Source: Minisyncoccota bacterium (GTDB taxonomy: Bacteria; Patescibacteriota; Minisyncoccia; Phycocordibacterales; JACRKE01). Taken from it: a stretch of 64,000 nucleotides of DNA. Made by a program: the position numbers and the translations under genes. Within the stretch, counting starts at the first letter, position 1; the number at the start of each line of letters is the position of its first letter. Under the pieces are notes generated by a model. It worked only from the letters and a program-made list of their open reading frames with translations, was not told the DNA's origin and searched no databases. The stretch lies in assembly GCA_041660505.1 (NCBI GenBank), contig JBAZWG010000001.1, forward strand, positions 375,183 through 439,182, written 5' to 3'. This document shows, piece by piece, positions 40,411 to 49,995 of this stretch.

Positions 40411-40511
40411 CAAAAACAGAAAAGCTACCCTGGCAAAGGTCCTCGGATCTCCTCGCCAGGAGCGAAGTCAGGCTCGGCCAGACCATTTGCCATGGCACTT
40501 TTCCTTTTTTG

Positions 40512-41435
40512 CTACGACCTTGAGTGGAACGCTTTGTGCACCTCGCGCAACTGTTTATCAGTCACGTGAGTATAAATTTGGGTCGTTGAAATATTAGAGT
40601 GGCCGAGCATCGCCTGCACCGAACGTAAGTCTGCGCCATTACCGAGCAAGTCTGTAGCAAAGCTGTGGCGGATGACGTGGGGTGTAACTTTTTTAGAAAT
40701 TCCGGCTTTGATGGCGTAATGCTTGACGATGCGCTCAACCGAGCGAGAAGTGAGTGGTTCGGTGGAGATATTCACAGATTTTACTTTCAACTTTTTACTT
40801 TCAACTTTGCCAACTGCACTGTGAGACACGAACAGTGCGTCCCCGGCATCCCCGCGCTTATCAAGATAACTTTTCACTGCTTTTTTCGCCGCGTCGGTCA
40901 GGAACACCACGCGCACCTTGCCGCCCTTGCCTCTTATAGAAAATTCGTCGCGCTTCAGGTCTACTTTATCGATAGTCAGAGAACATAATTCAGAAACGCG
41001 CAGACCTGTCGAGAAAAGTAATTCTAGTATGGCCGTATCGCGCAAATTTTTAATATCCGTGCCCTGCGCCGACTTCATTAGTCGCTCAAGCTCGTCGTGA
41101 CTAATCAAATCCAGATGTCGTTCGCCGGTCTTAGCCAGTTCGATACGGTCTGGCGAGAGGGAAGCAATACTCTCCCGCACCATGTATTTCAAAAAAGAGC
41201 GTAAAGCGATAAGATGATAGTTCTGCGTGTTCTTCTGCAGATTTTTACGATTCAAAAAAAGTCTGTACTGCCTGACAATTTCATCAGTAATATCAGAGGG
41301 CACTTTAGCCTTCGAGAATTCAAAAAATGTCTTGAGATATCGATCATAATTCTCCACGGTCTTGAGCCCGCGCCCTTTCTCAATCTCCACATATTCAAGA
41401 AACCGTTGTTTCAAGTCAGGAATATTGTGCGACAT
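40512..41435 (-). CDS. Tyrosine site-specific recombinase XerC/XerD family
   Basis: N-terminal SAM-like domain and C-terminal catalytic box …HVIRHSFATDLLGNGADLRSVQAMLGHSNISTTQIYTHV (R…HxxR…Y). Confidence 0.85.
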   Translation of the reverse strand: MSHNIPDLKQRFLEYVEIEKGRGLKTVENYDRYLKTFFEFSKAKVPSDITDEIVRQYRLFLNRKNLQKNTQNYHLIALRSFLKYMVRESIASLSPDRIELAKTGERHLDLISHDELERLMKSAQGTDIKNLRDTAILELLFSTGLRVSELCSLTIDKVDLKRDEFSIRGKGGKVRVVFLTDAAKKAVKSYLDKRGDAGDALFVSHSAVGKVESKKLKVKSVNISTEPLTSRSVERIVKHYAIKAGISKKVTPHVIRHSFATDLLGNGADLRSVQAMLGHSNISTTQIYTHVTDKQLREVHKAFHSRS

Positions 41436-41707
41436 ATCTTAATTGTACTCTACCCTCGTCGTCAGCACAAATTAACACAGCCCGTTTCAATCAGAAATCG
41501 GGCTGTTGGTTGCGCACTTTCGTACTACTTTGGGCGGCACTAGCCCTAAACTCCTGGACATGGGGAAACCGACAGCTTCTCTTCACTCAAGAAGAGAAGT
41601 AAACTCCTCTAACTCTCCACAAGGATTCGCTGGCCATATTACTAACCAACGGTTACCGGTTTACAGTTACCATGAGTCACCATAGTCATCCCGTTATCAA
41701 ACGAGAC

Positions 41708-42208
41708 TCAACATGAACTGCTCGTTCTCTCGTCATCGTATTCCTGCATGGCGTCCTCGATTTCCATATCACACTCGGCCTTGAATTCGACCTGATTCGT
41801 GATTTTGGTAATCTCGGAGTAATCCATTGAGAGGAAATAGCGGTGTACGAAAGATTCGAGAAGCTCGTGCCGAAGCCTGCCCGGGTTATGCTCAGAGTTG
41901 AGCACCGGCCAAGATGGACGGTAGTACCTCTCCCAATCCCAGCTGCGGTTCTCGAATTCCAGAGCGAAAAGTCGGGCGAAGCCCTTCAATTCGACCCAGG
42001 AAATCGTGAAGTAGACGCTGCCGGTCTTGTTTGGGTCTACAACTACATTGTTGCACCCAACGTTGGGATCCATGAAGTAAACGGTAAGGCCCCACCAATG
42101 TTCGCTAAGGCAAAGCATCAAGGTCTTGAGAACCTCGTCTCGCCAGGCGCGCCGCTTGCGTTCCTGAAGCAGGTTTGCCTTGATTCGAAACAATTCCAAC
42201 TGGTCCAT
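41708..42208 (-). CDS. Hypothetical protein (GC-rich)
   Basis: 166 aa ORF with SD ggaggaggaaattcATG. Confidence 0.5.
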   Translation of the reverse strand: MDQLELFRIKANLLQERKRRAWRDEVLKTLMLCLSEHWWGLTVYFMDPNVGCNNVVVDPNKTGSVYFTISWVELKGFARLFALEFENRSWDWERYYRPSWPVLNSEHNPGRLRHELLESFVHRYFLSMDYSEITKITNQVEFKAECDMEIEDAMQEYDDERTSSSC

Positions 42209-42518
42209 GAATTTCCTCCTCCGGCCGGAGGCCGGGGTTTGGAGTCCAAAGTCTTTTCAGACTCCGTTGCCAAGAAAAAGCATATTTTTAGCCATGCCTT
42301 GGTAACGAAGTCTGGTAGTACGTTTTAAATGAACTTATTGGAATATATAATAACACTATATCAGTATATTTGTCAAGTATCAGTCGCCCACACCTCCTTT
42401 AAGTATCCTGGAAAATAAGCGTGGCGCAAGATTACCGGAAGTATTTGGCATAGTTTGCGTTCTTATAAGCTTTGGTGTATGATAACGTCATATTACAATA
42501 TCATATAATAAAAATACC

Positions 42519-42743
42519 ATGAGTACATTATCTGTTCCATTGACTCCGCAGCTTGAGGCGTTCATCAACAGTATGGTGAAGCAGGGCAAGGCTGAAAATA
42601 AGGCCCAGGTGGTGCGGCAGGCCATCGCGAAGATGGAGGAAGACGAGGAAACCAATGAGGTACTGCTCGCCTACCGCGAGATAGAAGAGGGTAGGGGCCT
42701 GCGTGGAGACCTACGCGAGATTGCGAAGAAATTCAAGAATTAG
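42519..42743 (+). CDS. Ribbon-helix-helix antitoxin (ParD/CopG-like)
   Basis: 74 aa; paired with and stop-start adjacent to the downstream RelE/ParE-like ORF. Confidence 0.55.
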   Translation: MSTLSVPLTPQLEAFINSMVKQGKAENKAQVVRQAIAKMEEDEETNEVLLAYREIEEGRGLRGDLREIAKKFKN

Positions 42744-42744
42744 T

Positions 42745-43002
42745 ATGGATATCCAATACGCGCCTAAGTTCATTCGCCAATTCAATAAATTAGATAAGCA
42801 CCTGCAAGCTGAGGTATACGAAAAAATAGAGGTTTTCAAATCCGGACAGAACACCGAATCACTAAGAATTCATAAACTGAATGGCAAACTAAAAAATGAA
42901 CTTGGTTTTTGGGTAAACTTCCGTATCAGAATTCGCTACGTTAAAAAGCCAGACGGAGGGTACTGGTTCCTCCGCGTTGGAGACCATAATATCTACGATT
43001 AA
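42745..43002 (+). CDS. RelE/ParE-family toxin
   Basis: ~85 aa from MDIQYAPKF…; C-terminal …NELGFWVNFRIRIRYVKKPDGGYWFLRVGDHNIYD matches the RelE/ParE pattern. Confidence 0.6.
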   Translation: MDIQYAPKFIRQFNKLDKHLQAEVYEKIEVFKSGQNTESLRIHKLNGKLKNELGFWVNFRIRIRYVKKPDGGYWFLRVGDHNIYD

Positions 43003-43011
43003 CTAAAATCA

Positions 43012-43038
43012 AAAACCGCCAATTTTTTGGTGGTTTTT
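43012..43038 (+). terminator. Rho-independent terminator after the TA pair
   Basis: aaaaaccgccaa-ttttt-tggtggtttttgtg. Confidence 0.7.
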
Positions 43039-43088
43039 GTGTTGCCCATGAGTCCTCCTTTCGAAATTTACTCCTGGGCGGGAAAGAA

Positions 43089-43472
43089 CTAGGCCTGCTC
43101 GTCGGCAGGCAGAGATTGGCCTCGTGTGAGCGGGCGACAGATGCCGAGCACAACCTTGACGCGTTCCGTTGTAGCGGCGAGAAGTGCCCGGAAGATGTAC
43201 TCGGCCACCCGCCAGTCAATCTGTTGGCCGTTGGCCCAAGCCCGGCAAGTAGCCTCTGCACTCTGTGCAGAGGCTACGTCGTACAGGTACTCGAGGCCTG
43301 GTTTCCCCGTTCGCTCGAGTTCGCGGGCAATATTAACCACGTCCTTGGAACTAGCGTCTGCCAAGACTGCGAGCAGACGCCTCCGTTCTTGGTCGTTTCT
43401 GATCAGAGTAAGGACGAGCGCAGCATAAGCCCGACGATCGTCCAAGTCCGGAATTATCGGCCGATAAACCAC
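43089..43472 (-). CDS. Hypothetical protein (GC-rich, GTG start)
   Basis: 127 aa ORF; acaaggaggtgaaagGTG extended SD. Confidence 0.45.
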   Translation of the reverse strand: MVYRPIIPDLDDRRAYAALVLTLIRNDQERRRLLAVLADASSKDVVNIARELERTGKPGLEYLYDVASAQSAEATCRAWANGQQIDWRVAEYIFRALLAATTERVKVVLGICRPLTRGQSLPADEQA

Positions 43473-43572
43473 CTTTCACCTCCTTGTAACCGTTACAAGC
43501 ACACCGTCTGTAATACTAGCATGCAAAAAAAGATTGACAATGAGCCCTGAAGAAAAAGCAAGGGTGTTTTAT

Positions 43573-45324
43573 CTACGCCACTTCGGCGTTGTAGCAGCTC
43601 TCGCAGTATACTATCTCCGGTTTATTGGGCGAATACGCTGTTCTGATATCCTTACCGCACTTCGCGCATTGCCTATCGTATAATTCCAGTTTACTGCGCT
43701 GTTCGAGGCGCTCGTAATGCCGACAGGCGGGGCAAAGATGCGGCACGGGTATATTATTATCGCGATAAAACTGCAGCTCCGCGGGAATAATTTTGAATGC
43801 GGTTGCGCATTGCTGCGAGCAGTTACCTGCATGTTCACAGCCGATAATCTCATTAAGTATCGTATCCGGGGTATCTTTGATTCTGTCAGGAATATTTTCT
43901 GGTTTGAGCGTAATGCTGAAACTTTTTTCTGCAGACTTGCGCCAGGCGAACTTCATTGCCGCCGCTTCTGCGGCGTTTAATGGAAAGTAGTCAAAGGCTA
44001 TTGTCTCGTTGTAAGCCCAAGGAGAGAACTCGGGCGGGAAGAACTCGCCATATGAATAGACGCGCCCTTTCGTATCTTGATACGGCACATCTTTCATATG
44101 CTGAATGATTTTCGGCACGAGCGCTTGATACTCCTCTCTACTATACTGCTTGTTCAGGATGCAATACTCCTTTTTGCGCAGGCCAACACAACCGAATAAA
44201 TTGGCCGAGCTGGAACAGAGCACAGAATACTCAATGTCATGCACACCTTCTTGAACATAAAGACAGAATTTAATACGGTTTGTATCGATACCGCAGGCGC
44301 AACATTCATAATCTAGTTGATTGTTGCCGCCCCAGATAGAGAAATCGTAGCAATCTTTACTGCCCGGAATCTCTTGCATATATTGGCAATAACGCAAATC
44401 TTCGCCCTCGCGGATCAAGAAACTATCTTTAACATTCTTACTGTGACTGATATAGCTGCCACTCACATCACTGTTGTGCGAGCCGACCAGATATTTGTTC
44501 GGGAACTTGAGCCAGAATTCATGTGCCTGCTTCTTTATCTTTTCTAAATTCTGATGCGAATTCCAATCAAGCTCTGCAAGTTTCTTAAAATACTCTTCTT
44601 TCGAATACGACTCGTTCCATATATGATATTTCTGATTGCGCAAACCGACACAGCCGACGCAGTCTGAACAGCCGACGCAATTTTTACTGAAGAGCATGTT
44701 TACGCAGCTTTCGCATTCGGCAGAGAAGAAAGTTTTTGCGCATGACGTGAGCCAGAAGCTTTCATAACATTGCTCTGATTTTCCTAAATGCGAAACATCT
44801 ACAGAATCTAGCGTATGCGTGAGCCCGTTTGAGTACATACAGTTTTCCGAATCACTGCAATTAAAAGCGAGATAGCAATTCTTTGGATTAGTAAAGTGAT
44901 TAACATAATCACTTCCAACACCGTTCACCACGTTCAAGTTCTTCATCGGCACATTCTTCCAAAGATCTCGCACCTGTTCCAAGAATGGCTTATTGAAGTC
45001 AATATCGACTCCATATTCCATCGGGTCCCAAGCGTCAGAAAGCCACACATCTTTCTCATACACTTTGTATCCTGACTCTTGCGAATACATCGAGAAGATA
45101 TCTTTGCCCGTAGCGGCACTTTTGATTTTATACAAATTTCGCTCGTTGCGAAAAGCAAAGCGGCGTTGGGCGCGACACAGAGAGCACCAAGTCGGCGGGG
45201 GAACATCTACCTTTGCGTAGAAAGTAAAATCTTGCACGTCTATAACAAAACTCTTTTTGCAACTCTGGCACACTTTTGTTTCACTGTTTGTTTGCGTATT
45301 CATATCAACATTCTGCATTACCAA
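43573..45324 (-). CDS. Large Cys-rich multi-zinc-ribbon protein, paralog B
   Basis: 583 aa; same terminal CxxC…CPxCR modules and central Cys-repeat region as 17013-18704. Confidence 0.75.
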   Translation of the reverse strand: MVMQNVDMNTQTNSETKVCQSCKKSFVIDVQDFTFYAKVDVPPPTWCSLCRAQRRFAFRNERNLYKIKSAATGKDIFSMYSQESGYKVYEKDVWLSDAWDPMEYGVDIDFNKPFLEQVRDLWKNVPMKNLNVVNGVGSDYVNHFTNPKNCYLAFNCSDSENCMYSNGLTHTLDSVDVSHLGKSEQCYESFWLTSCAKTFFSAECESCVNMLFSKNCVGCSDCVGCVGLRNQKYHIWNESYSKEEYFKKLAELDWNSHQNLEKIKKQAHEFWLKFPNKYLVGSHNSDVSGSYISHSKNVKDSFLIREGEDLRYCQYMQEIPGSKDCYDFSIWGGNNQLDYECCACGIDTNRIKFCLYVQEGVHDIEYSVLCSSSANLFGCVGLRKKEYCILNKQYSREEYQALVPKIIQHMKDVPYQDTKGRVYSYGEFFPPEFSPWAYNETIAFDYFPLNAAEAAAMKFAWRKSAEKSFSITLKPENIPDRIKDTPDTILNEIIGCEHAGNCSQQCATAFKIIPAELQFYRDNNIPVPHLCPACRHYERLEQRSKLELYDRQCAKCGKDIRTAYSPNKPEIVYCESCYNAEVA

Positions 45325-45355
45325 GCGTAATGAGTCAATTCTTGTCAGACAATTG

Positions 45356-45383
45356 TTGACAGAACACTGACAACGAGTATAAT
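45356..45383 (+). promoter_or_regulatory. Consensus sigma70-type promoter of TrmB-like gene copy 2 (apparently leaderless)
   Basis: TTGACA-16 nt-TATAAT with the ATG 7 nt after the -10. Imperfect palindrome tgtcagacaattgttgaca overlaps the -35. Confidence 0.6.
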
Positions 45384-45389
45384 ATCATT

Positions 45390-46148
45390 ATGATTAAGCC
45401 AATCTTAAGTAAGCTCGGTTTGAGTGAGAGCGAGATCGCTGTGTACAGTCAGGTGGTAAGGCATCGGCTTTGCACACCGGCACTGATTGCCCGCGAGACC
45501 AAGTTAAATAGACCGACGGTATACAACATCTGTAAGAAATTGGTCGCCCGCGGCCTACTTATTGAGGATTTGGGTGATAAGACCTTAAAATTACTGCCTA
45601 CAGCGCCAGATGAACTCGCTTCTATATTAAAACGGGACGAAGAGGAACTTAAAAATAAAGCACTGGTGCTGGAGCAATTGGGTAATGAGCTCGCGCTTAT
45701 GAAGAGCAGCAGGACGTACCCCGTGCCAAGAGTACGTTTTATAGAACAGGATCGGCTCAATGCGTATATGCATACACAAACGCCGACGTGGAACACGAGC
45801 ATCGGTAATTACGATAATATCTGGTGGGGATTCCAAGACCATACTTTTGTGGAGCAGTACAAAGAGTATATTTTGTGGTTCTGGAGGACAGCTGATGAGA
45901 GTATTAGCCTTAATTTACTTAGCAATAGCGCGCCAATAGAGGAGGAGATGAAAACAGAGAATTTCACACGTCGCCACATAAAGCCGTGGGACAAGGGCAT
46001 GATGTTTAGTGCCACGACATGGGTATTAGGCGACTATCTCGTTATGATTGTAACCGACAAAGAGCCGCATTACCTTGTAGAAATCCACGACGAACGCATG
46101 GCGGGGAACTTTCGCGAGTTGTTTAAGAACATTTGGGGATTGATTTAG
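45390..46148 (+). CDS. TrmB-family transcriptional regulator (copy 2), divergent from Cys-rich paralog B
   Basis: N-terminal wHTH LGLSESEIAVYSQVV…IARETKLNRPTVYNICKKLVARGLL. Confidence 0.75.
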   Translation: MIKPILSKLGLSESEIAVYSQVVRHRLCTPALIARETKLNRPTVYNICKKLVARGLLIEDLGDKTLKLLPTAPDELASILKRDEEELKNKALVLEQLGNELALMKSSRTYPVPRVRFIEQDRLNAYMHTQTPTWNTSIGNYDNIWWGFQDHTFVEQYKEYILWFWRTADESISLNLLSNSAPIEEEMKTENFTRRHIKPWDKGMMFSATTWVLGDYLVMIVTDKEPHYLVEIHDERMAGNFRELFKNIWGLI

Positions 46149-46246
46149 ACCAGAGGCTCACAGCTGTTTACCGAGTCGGCGTAGGGCCACGCTCGTACTC
46201 GAGTGGGGTAAAGACGCGAGGGAGACAGCTGTGAGCCTCTGGTCTT
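46149..46246. repeat. Large perfect inverted repeat (20-bp arms, 58-nt loop)
   Basis: gaccagaggctcacagctgt…acagctgtgagcctctggtc immediately after the TrmB-like stop codon. Confidence 0.7.
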
Positions 46247-46945
46247 GAGTAAAACAATAAAGGCTTGCGGGGGTTGGGAACTACCGTTTCATGGTACTTC
46301 ACACTCCCCACAAGCCTTTTGTTCTGCTTGCGCAGACGTTGTTCGTTAATCACGCTATCAAGCTTCCCTAACATTCCTTCGTCTTCACAAAACTCTTTCC
46401 GAACTCAAATCGTCGGAGAACGAGTTGTGATGTCCTTTAGCTCTGACCTATAAAAAATTGAGCTTGGACAACGACTTAGGCAACGTGTGCCTTATTCATG
46501 ATTACCGTGCAACGAACTATGACTGATAGAAGTATCTCATACCAGTTATAAAGGACAAGTGGATAACTTTTTATGTCCTACAGATATATCGCGTCAAGTA
46601 ACGCTAGACTAAAGCGTAGATATGTGCTTAAATGATGTCGGCAAAGTACCTCTCTCGAGCGACGGGCATGGCACTCCGTAACTGCCGTGGATGCGGTCAG
46701 GCTTGAATATCGGCCTATTTTGTCGAGATTCAGGCCACTATGTGCAAACCTCGAGCCGCATATCGAGGACCTGTTCTGTGGAGCACCCCAAAGCTCCGTC
46801 GGCCAAAAAGCCGAGCAGACCGGGCGCACAGGCGTCAAACAGAGAGGTGGGGCCAGTACGGCTGGGGAACATCGTGTTCCCCAGCCGTTTCCACTTCTAG
46901 CGCCCAAGAAAGCCTTATTTGCAAAATGCCTCTTTATATAGTACA

Positions 46946-47218
46946 ATGTTGCCCATGTTAACAAAAACTAAAAAAGCAAAGGTTATTAAGAAAGTTCAGT
47001 CACACGAGACCGACACAGGCTCGGCCGCTGTGCAGGTTGCCATTTTATCAGAACGCATTGTTGAGCTCACAACGCATTTGAAAAAGAACAAGAAGGACAA
47101 TCACTCGCGAAGAGGATTACTCCAGATGGTCGCCGATCGCCGTTCCCACCTCAAATATTTAGAAAAAAAGGACCCCAAGGTCCACAAGAAACTGGTAAAA
47201 GAGCTTTCGCTCGCCTAG
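46946..47218 (+). CDS. rpsO: 30S ribosomal protein S15
   Basis: …TGSAAVQVAILSERIVELTTHLKKNKKDNHSRRGLLQMVADRRSHLKYL is the S15 signature. Start ambiguous (ATG 46946 or 46955), no SD. Confidence 0.9.
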   Translation: MLPMLTKTKKAKVIKKVQSHETDTGSAAVQVAILSERIVELTTHLKKNKKDNHSRRGLLQMVADRRSHLKYLEKKDPKVHKKLVKELSLA

Positions 47219-47236
47219 TTTCTCTAACATTTTAAT

Positions 47237-47779
47237 ATGTCCATAATCAAACACAAAGCCCAGCGTGTCGGGGTGTTTATCGATACGCAAAATATGTATC
47301 ACAGCGCGCGCAACCTTTACAACGCGCGCCTAAACTTCGGTGCCGTGCTCGAAGACGCCGTCGCCGGACGCTTTCTTGTCCGCGCTATCGCTTACGTTAT
47401 TACCACAGAATCGGCCGAGGAACAGCCTTTCTTCGAAGCGTTGGTTAAGCTCGGTATCGAGACCAAGACCAAAGACCTCCAGATATTCTCGAGCGGTGCC
47501 AAGAAGGCCGACTGGGACGTCGGCATAGCCATGGACGCCGTAAAAATGGCTCCACGCCTAGACGCTATTATCTTGGTAGCAGGGGATGGCGACTTCGTCC
47601 CGATGGTGGAATATCTAAGGGCCGAGACCGGCGCCCAAGTAGAAGTGGTGGCCTTCGGCAAGACCACGTCCGGCAAACTCCGCGAGGCGGCCGACGACTT
47701 CATCGACCTCGGCGAGAATCCTGATCGTTATTTAATACGCCCAACTAACCGCAGAACATATGCAAAAAAAGGAGTATAA
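47237..47779 (+). CDS. NYN/LabA-like domain protein inserted between rpsO and pnp
   Basis: 180 aa; VGVFIDTQNMY…DAIILVAGDGDFVPMVEYLRAETGAQVEVVAF is the typical NYN pattern. Overlaps the pnp start by 20 nt. Confidence 0.8.
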   Translation: MSIIKHKAQRVGVFIDTQNMYHSARNLYNARLNFGAVLEDAVAGRFLVRAIAYVITTESAEEQPFFEALVKLGIETKTKDLQIFSSGAKKADWDVGIAMDAVKMAPRLDAIILVAGDGDFVPMVEYLRAETGAQVEVVAFGKTTSGKLREAADDFIDLGENPDRYLIRPTNRRTYAKKGV

Positions 47780-49871
47780 GCTTGAACTGGCCGGTAAAAG
47801 CATTACGGCAGAATTTAATGACCTGGCCAACCAGACGAACGGCTCTGTTATCGTCAGTATGGGTAACACCAGGGTGCTCGCGACAGTAGTAATGTCCAAG
47901 AAAGACCGCGAGGGTATCGACTTCTTCCCGCTCGTCGTTGATTATGAAGAGAAGTTCTACGCCGCCGGCAAGATCCTCGGCGGGCAGTTCATAAGACGCG
48001 AAGGCAGACCTTCCGACGAAGCGATTCTGACTGGCCGTGTTGTTGACCGCACCATTCGCCCGCTCTTCAACCAGAAGATGCGCAAAGAGGTGCAAGTGGT
48101 ACTGACCGCTCTGGCAGTGGATGATGACAACGACACCGATATTCCGGCAATCTTAGGCGCTTCGCTCGCGTTAGCCGTATCCGACATCCCGTGGGATGGA
48201 CCTGTCGGTGCCACGCGCGTCTGCGGTTATGCCGATGCGACACTTGAGCTTAATCCTGACCATGCCAAGCGTGAGACATCCGCCTTCGACATGGTTATCT
48301 GCGGTAAGGCCGAGACTATCAACATGATAGAAGCCGAGGCAAAGGAAATTCCGGAGACTGTGGCTGTGTCTGCGTTAAATCTGGCACTCGAAGCAATTTC
48401 TAAACTCGAAGCTTGGCAGAAGCAGATTGTGAGCGAGATTGGCAAGAAGAAAGTTTCTTTCACGTTTCCAGAAACACCGACAGAACTTACCGCACTTTTT
48501 AATTCAGAAATTAAATCCAAGATGCCCCTCGCCATATTCAGTGGCGCAGGACACGAGGGAATACACGGTATTCAAGACGAATGGATGAGTTTAGTGGCCG
48601 AGAAATTCCCGGAAGGTAATCACAAGACATTTGCCTCACACCTCTTCGAAGACACTATCAATGACTTGGTGCATGAAGAGGCTATCGCAAATAACAAAAG
48701 ACCCGATGGCCGTAAGATGGATGAGGTGCGTGAACTCTATGCGCAAGCAGGAGGAGTTTCACCTTTACTCCACGGCACCGGCATCTTCTATCGCGGGGGT
48801 ACGCACGTTTTGACCGCGCTCACTTTGGGCGGGCCTAAGGATTCACAAATTCTCGACGGTATGGAGGTAGAAGGCAAGAAGTACTTTATGCATCACTACA
48901 ACTTCCCGCCATTCTCGTCCGGCGAGACAGGCAGAATGGGTGGCATCAATCGTCGCGCGACCGGGCATGGTGCACTGGCCGAGAAGGCCCTTAAAGCGAC
49001 TCTGCCTTCACGCGATGTCTTCCCGTATACAATAAGACTCGTTTCGGAATCAATGGCATCGAATGGCTCGACCTCGCAAGCATCGATCTGCGCCTCGACC
49101 TTGGCCCTCATGGACGGCGGTGTACCCATCACTCGCCCGACGGCCGGTATCGCGATGGGGCTAATGTCATATCCTGATGGTAGATATAAAGTGCTGACAG
49201 ACATTCAAGGCCCGGAGGATCATCACGGTGATATGGACTTCAAAGTTGCCGGTACGACGGTCGGCGTCACGGCCATCCAGATGGACGTGAAAGTCGGCGG
49301 AATATCGGTAAAAGTTCTCTCCGAGGCCCTCGAACAAGGCAAGCAAGCGCGTTTACAAATAATTAGGACTATCGAAACAGCTATTCCGGCCCCGCGCGCA
49401 GACTTGGCACCAAATGCGCCAAGAATCGCTATTGTCAAAATCAATCCGGAGAAGATCGGCGCTCTTATCGGCCCCGGCGGCAAAGTCATTCAGGGTATTA
49501 CCGCCTCAACCGGCGCGGATATTAATGTGGAGCAGGACGGCTCGGTCTTCATCTTGGGTAAAAAGGAACAGGTTGAGCTCGCCAAGAAACTCGTTGACGG
49601 AATAACTCATGAATATAAGGCCGGGGAGAAATTCGAAGGCCCGATTGTGCGCATCATGGACTTCGGCTTCTTCGTTGAGCTCTCGCCGAACCAAGACGGC
49701 ATGGTACACGTATCGGAAATGGCCTCATTCAGGGTGAACAACATCCGTGACTATGTAAAAGAGGGGGACAGAGTGCCTGTCGTAGTAAAAGAAATAGACG
49801 AAAAAGGCAGAGTCAACCTCTCCATCAAACGCGCGAACCCGAATTTCTTTACGGAAAAGAAGTCTGCGTAA
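47760..49871 (+). CDS. pnp: Polyribonucleotide nucleotidyltransferase (PNPase)
   Basis: 703 aa; two RNase PH domains, KH (GKVIQGITASTGA) and S1 (FEGPIVRIMDFGFFVEL) domains. Confidence 0.95.
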   Translation: MQKKEYKLELAGKSITAEFNDLANQTNGSVIVSMGNTRVLATVVMSKKDREGIDFFPLVVDYEEKFYAAGKILGGQFIRREGRPSDEAILTGRVVDRTIRPLFNQKMRKEVQVVLTALAVDDDNDTDIPAILGASLALAVSDIPWDGPVGATRVCGYADATLELNPDHAKRETSAFDMVICGKAETINMIEAEAKEIPETVAVSALNLALEAISKLEAWQKQIVSEIGKKKVSFTFPETPTELTALFNSEIKSKMPLAIFSGAGHEGIHGIQDEWMSLVAEKFPEGNHKTFASHLFEDTINDLVHEEAIANNKRPDGRKMDEVRELYAQAGGVSPLLHGTGIFYRGGTHVLTALTLGGPKDSQILDGMEVEGKKYFMHHYNFPPFSSGETGRMGGINRRATGHGALAEKALKATLPSRDVFPYTIRLVSESMASNGSTSQASICASTLALMDGGVPITRPTAGIAMGLMSYPDGRYKVLTDIQGPEDHHGDMDFKVAGTTVGVTAIQMDVKVGGISVKVLSEALEQGKQARLQIIRTIETAIPAPRADLAPNAPRIAIVKINPEKIGALIGPGGKVIQGITASTGADINVEQDGSVFILGKKEQVELAKKLVDGITHEYKAGEKFEGPIVRIMDFGFFVELSPNQDGMVHVSEMASFRVNNIRDYVKEGDRVPVVVKEIDEKGRVNLSIKRANPNFFTEKKSA

Positions 49872-49995
49872 ATCGCATCGTCTCTAATTTTAGAAGCCGT
49901 GCTTCTGTGAGCCCGAAGCGCGGCTTCTGCGTTTTCGAGTCGTAAGTATTTTTGTCTCCTTGCGTCATAAGTAGGAATGTAGTAAAGTAGGAATT

